Positions 62,591 through 64,000 of a stretch of DNA of 64,000 nt are shown piece after piece. The notes below the pieces were generated by a model that saw nothing but the letters and a program-made list of their open reading frames with translations, made no database searches and was not told the DNA's origin. Positions within the stretch are counted from its first letter, which is position 1; each line of letters starts with the position of its first letter. This DNA is from Octopus sinensis (Eukaryota): assembly GCF_006345805.1 (NCBI RefSeq), contig NC_042999.1, positions 23,064,001 to 23,128,000 of the forward strand. Reading direction: 5' to 3'. The position numbers and the translations under genes are program-made.

Positions 62591-64000
62591 TCATCATCAT
62601 CATCATCATCATTTAGCGTCCGTTCTCCATGCTAGCATGGGTTGGACGGTTCAACTGGGGTCTGTGAAGCTGGAAGGCTTCATCAGGCCCAGTCAGATCT
62701 GGCAGTGTTTCTACGGGGATGCCCTCCTAACGCCAACCACTCCGTGAGTGTAGTGGGTGCTTTTACGTGCCACCTGCACAGGTGCCAGACAGTGCTGGCA
62801 AACGGCCACGAACGGATGGTGCTTTTACGTGTCACCGGCACGGGGGCCAGGCGAGGCGGGCAACGGACACAACGGATGGTGCTTTTACGTGCCACCAACA
62901 GGGGGCCAGACAGAGCTGGCAAACGGCCACGAACGGATGGTGCTTTTACGTGTCACCGGCACGGGGGCCAGGCGAGGCTGGCAACGGGCACGAACGGATG
63001 GTGCTTTTACATGCCACCGACACGGGGGCCAGACAGGGCTGGCAAACGGCCACGAACGGATGGTGCTTTTACGTGTCACCGGCACCAGACAGATCTGGCA
63101 AACGGCCACAAACGGATGGTACTTTTACGTGTCACCGGCACGGGGGCCAGGCCAGGCTGGCAACACGAACGGATGGTGCTTTTACGTGCCACCTACATGG
63201 GGGCCAGACAGGGCTGGCGAACGGCTACGAACGGATGGTACTTTTACGTGTCACCTGCACGGGGGCCCTGATGTTGATCGACCTCAATTTGGTTTGATCT
63301 TGATTTTGACTGTTCTCACTGGTCTTGCCGGGTTTTCTCACGCACAGCATACCTCCAAAGGTCTCGGTCACTGGTCATTTCCTTGGTGAGACCTAAAGTT
63401 CGAAGGTCGTGCTTCACCGCCTCGACCCAGGTTTTCCTGGGTCTACCTCTTCCACAGGTCCCCTCAACTGCCAGGGTGTGGCACTTTCGCACACAACTAT
63501 CTTCAGCCATTCTCATCACATGACCATACCAGCGCATACGTCTCTCTTGCACACAACAACTGATACTTCTTAGGTTCAACTTTTCTCTCAAGGTACTTAC
63601 ACTCTGTCGATTATGAACACTGACGTTACACATCCATCGGAGCATACTAGCTTCATTTCTTGCGAGCTTACGCAAATCCTCAGCAGTCACAGCCCAAGTT
63701 TCACTACCATGTAGCATGGCTGTACGTACACATGCATCATACAGTCTGCCTTTTACTTTGAGCGAGAGGCCTTTTGTCACCAGCAGAGTAAGAGCTCTCT
63801 AAACTTTGCCCAGGCTATTCTTACTCTAGCAGTTATACTCTCAGCGCACCCGCCCCCGCTACTGACTTGGTCACCTAGGTAACGGAAACTATCAACTACT
63901 TCTAGCTTTTCTCCCTGGAAAGTGACGGAAGTTGGTCTCAGAGCATTTTAGTGTTAATTGTTCCTGAGCATCTGCCACATACAAAAACCATCTTCCTAGT
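62591..64000 (-). mobile_element. RTE-clade LINE, 3' end of ORF2 (frameshifted) plus 3' UTR and (GAT)n tail; continues beyond window
   Basis: FRYLGDQVSSGGG, LYDACVRTAMLHGSETW, LRWMC, RWYGHVMRM, GRGRPRKTW motifs; stop at 63316; two frameshifts near 63780 and 63940. Confidence 0.92.
62755..63265 (-). repeat. Tandem ~61-bp repeat (8 full + 1 partial, alternating types) in LINE 3' UTR
   Basis: GGTGCTTTTACGTG(C/T)CACC anchor recurs nine times at ~55-63 bp spacing. Confidence 0.9.

Noticed and set aside
62642-63389. 176-210-aa repetitive ORFs
   Set aside because: Antisense readings of the LINE 3' UTR tandem repeat

Overview
AT-rich, microsatellite- and transposon-dense eukaryotic genomic DNA. The repeat landscape resembles an octopod cephalopod, which is an inference with no database check. 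The only protein-coding gene I can support is on the minus strand: twelve short GT-AG exons between 56051 and 3401. They splice phase-compatibly into a 1572-nt reading frame (523 aa plus stop) of WD40 repeats, matching from memory the C-terminal beta-propeller region of TEP1 (telomerase/vault-associated protein 1). The 5' part of the gene lies beyond the right edge. Introns are filled with several tRNA-derived SINE families and RTE-clade LINE remnants, including an ORF2 end whose 3' UTR carries a hairpin VNTR. They also hold a CR1 tail, mariner relics, TA- and TTAA-type MITEs, five non-autonomous Helitrons, Penelope-like remnants and simple repeats. Nearly all ORFs in the supplied track are microsatellite or repeat artefacts. 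The most interesting observations are several hammerhead-ribozyme-like motifs (one with an intact catalytic core at 31465-31514, inside a foldback), a Helitron with its empty site in the same window, and SINE/MITE units converting into tandem arrays.
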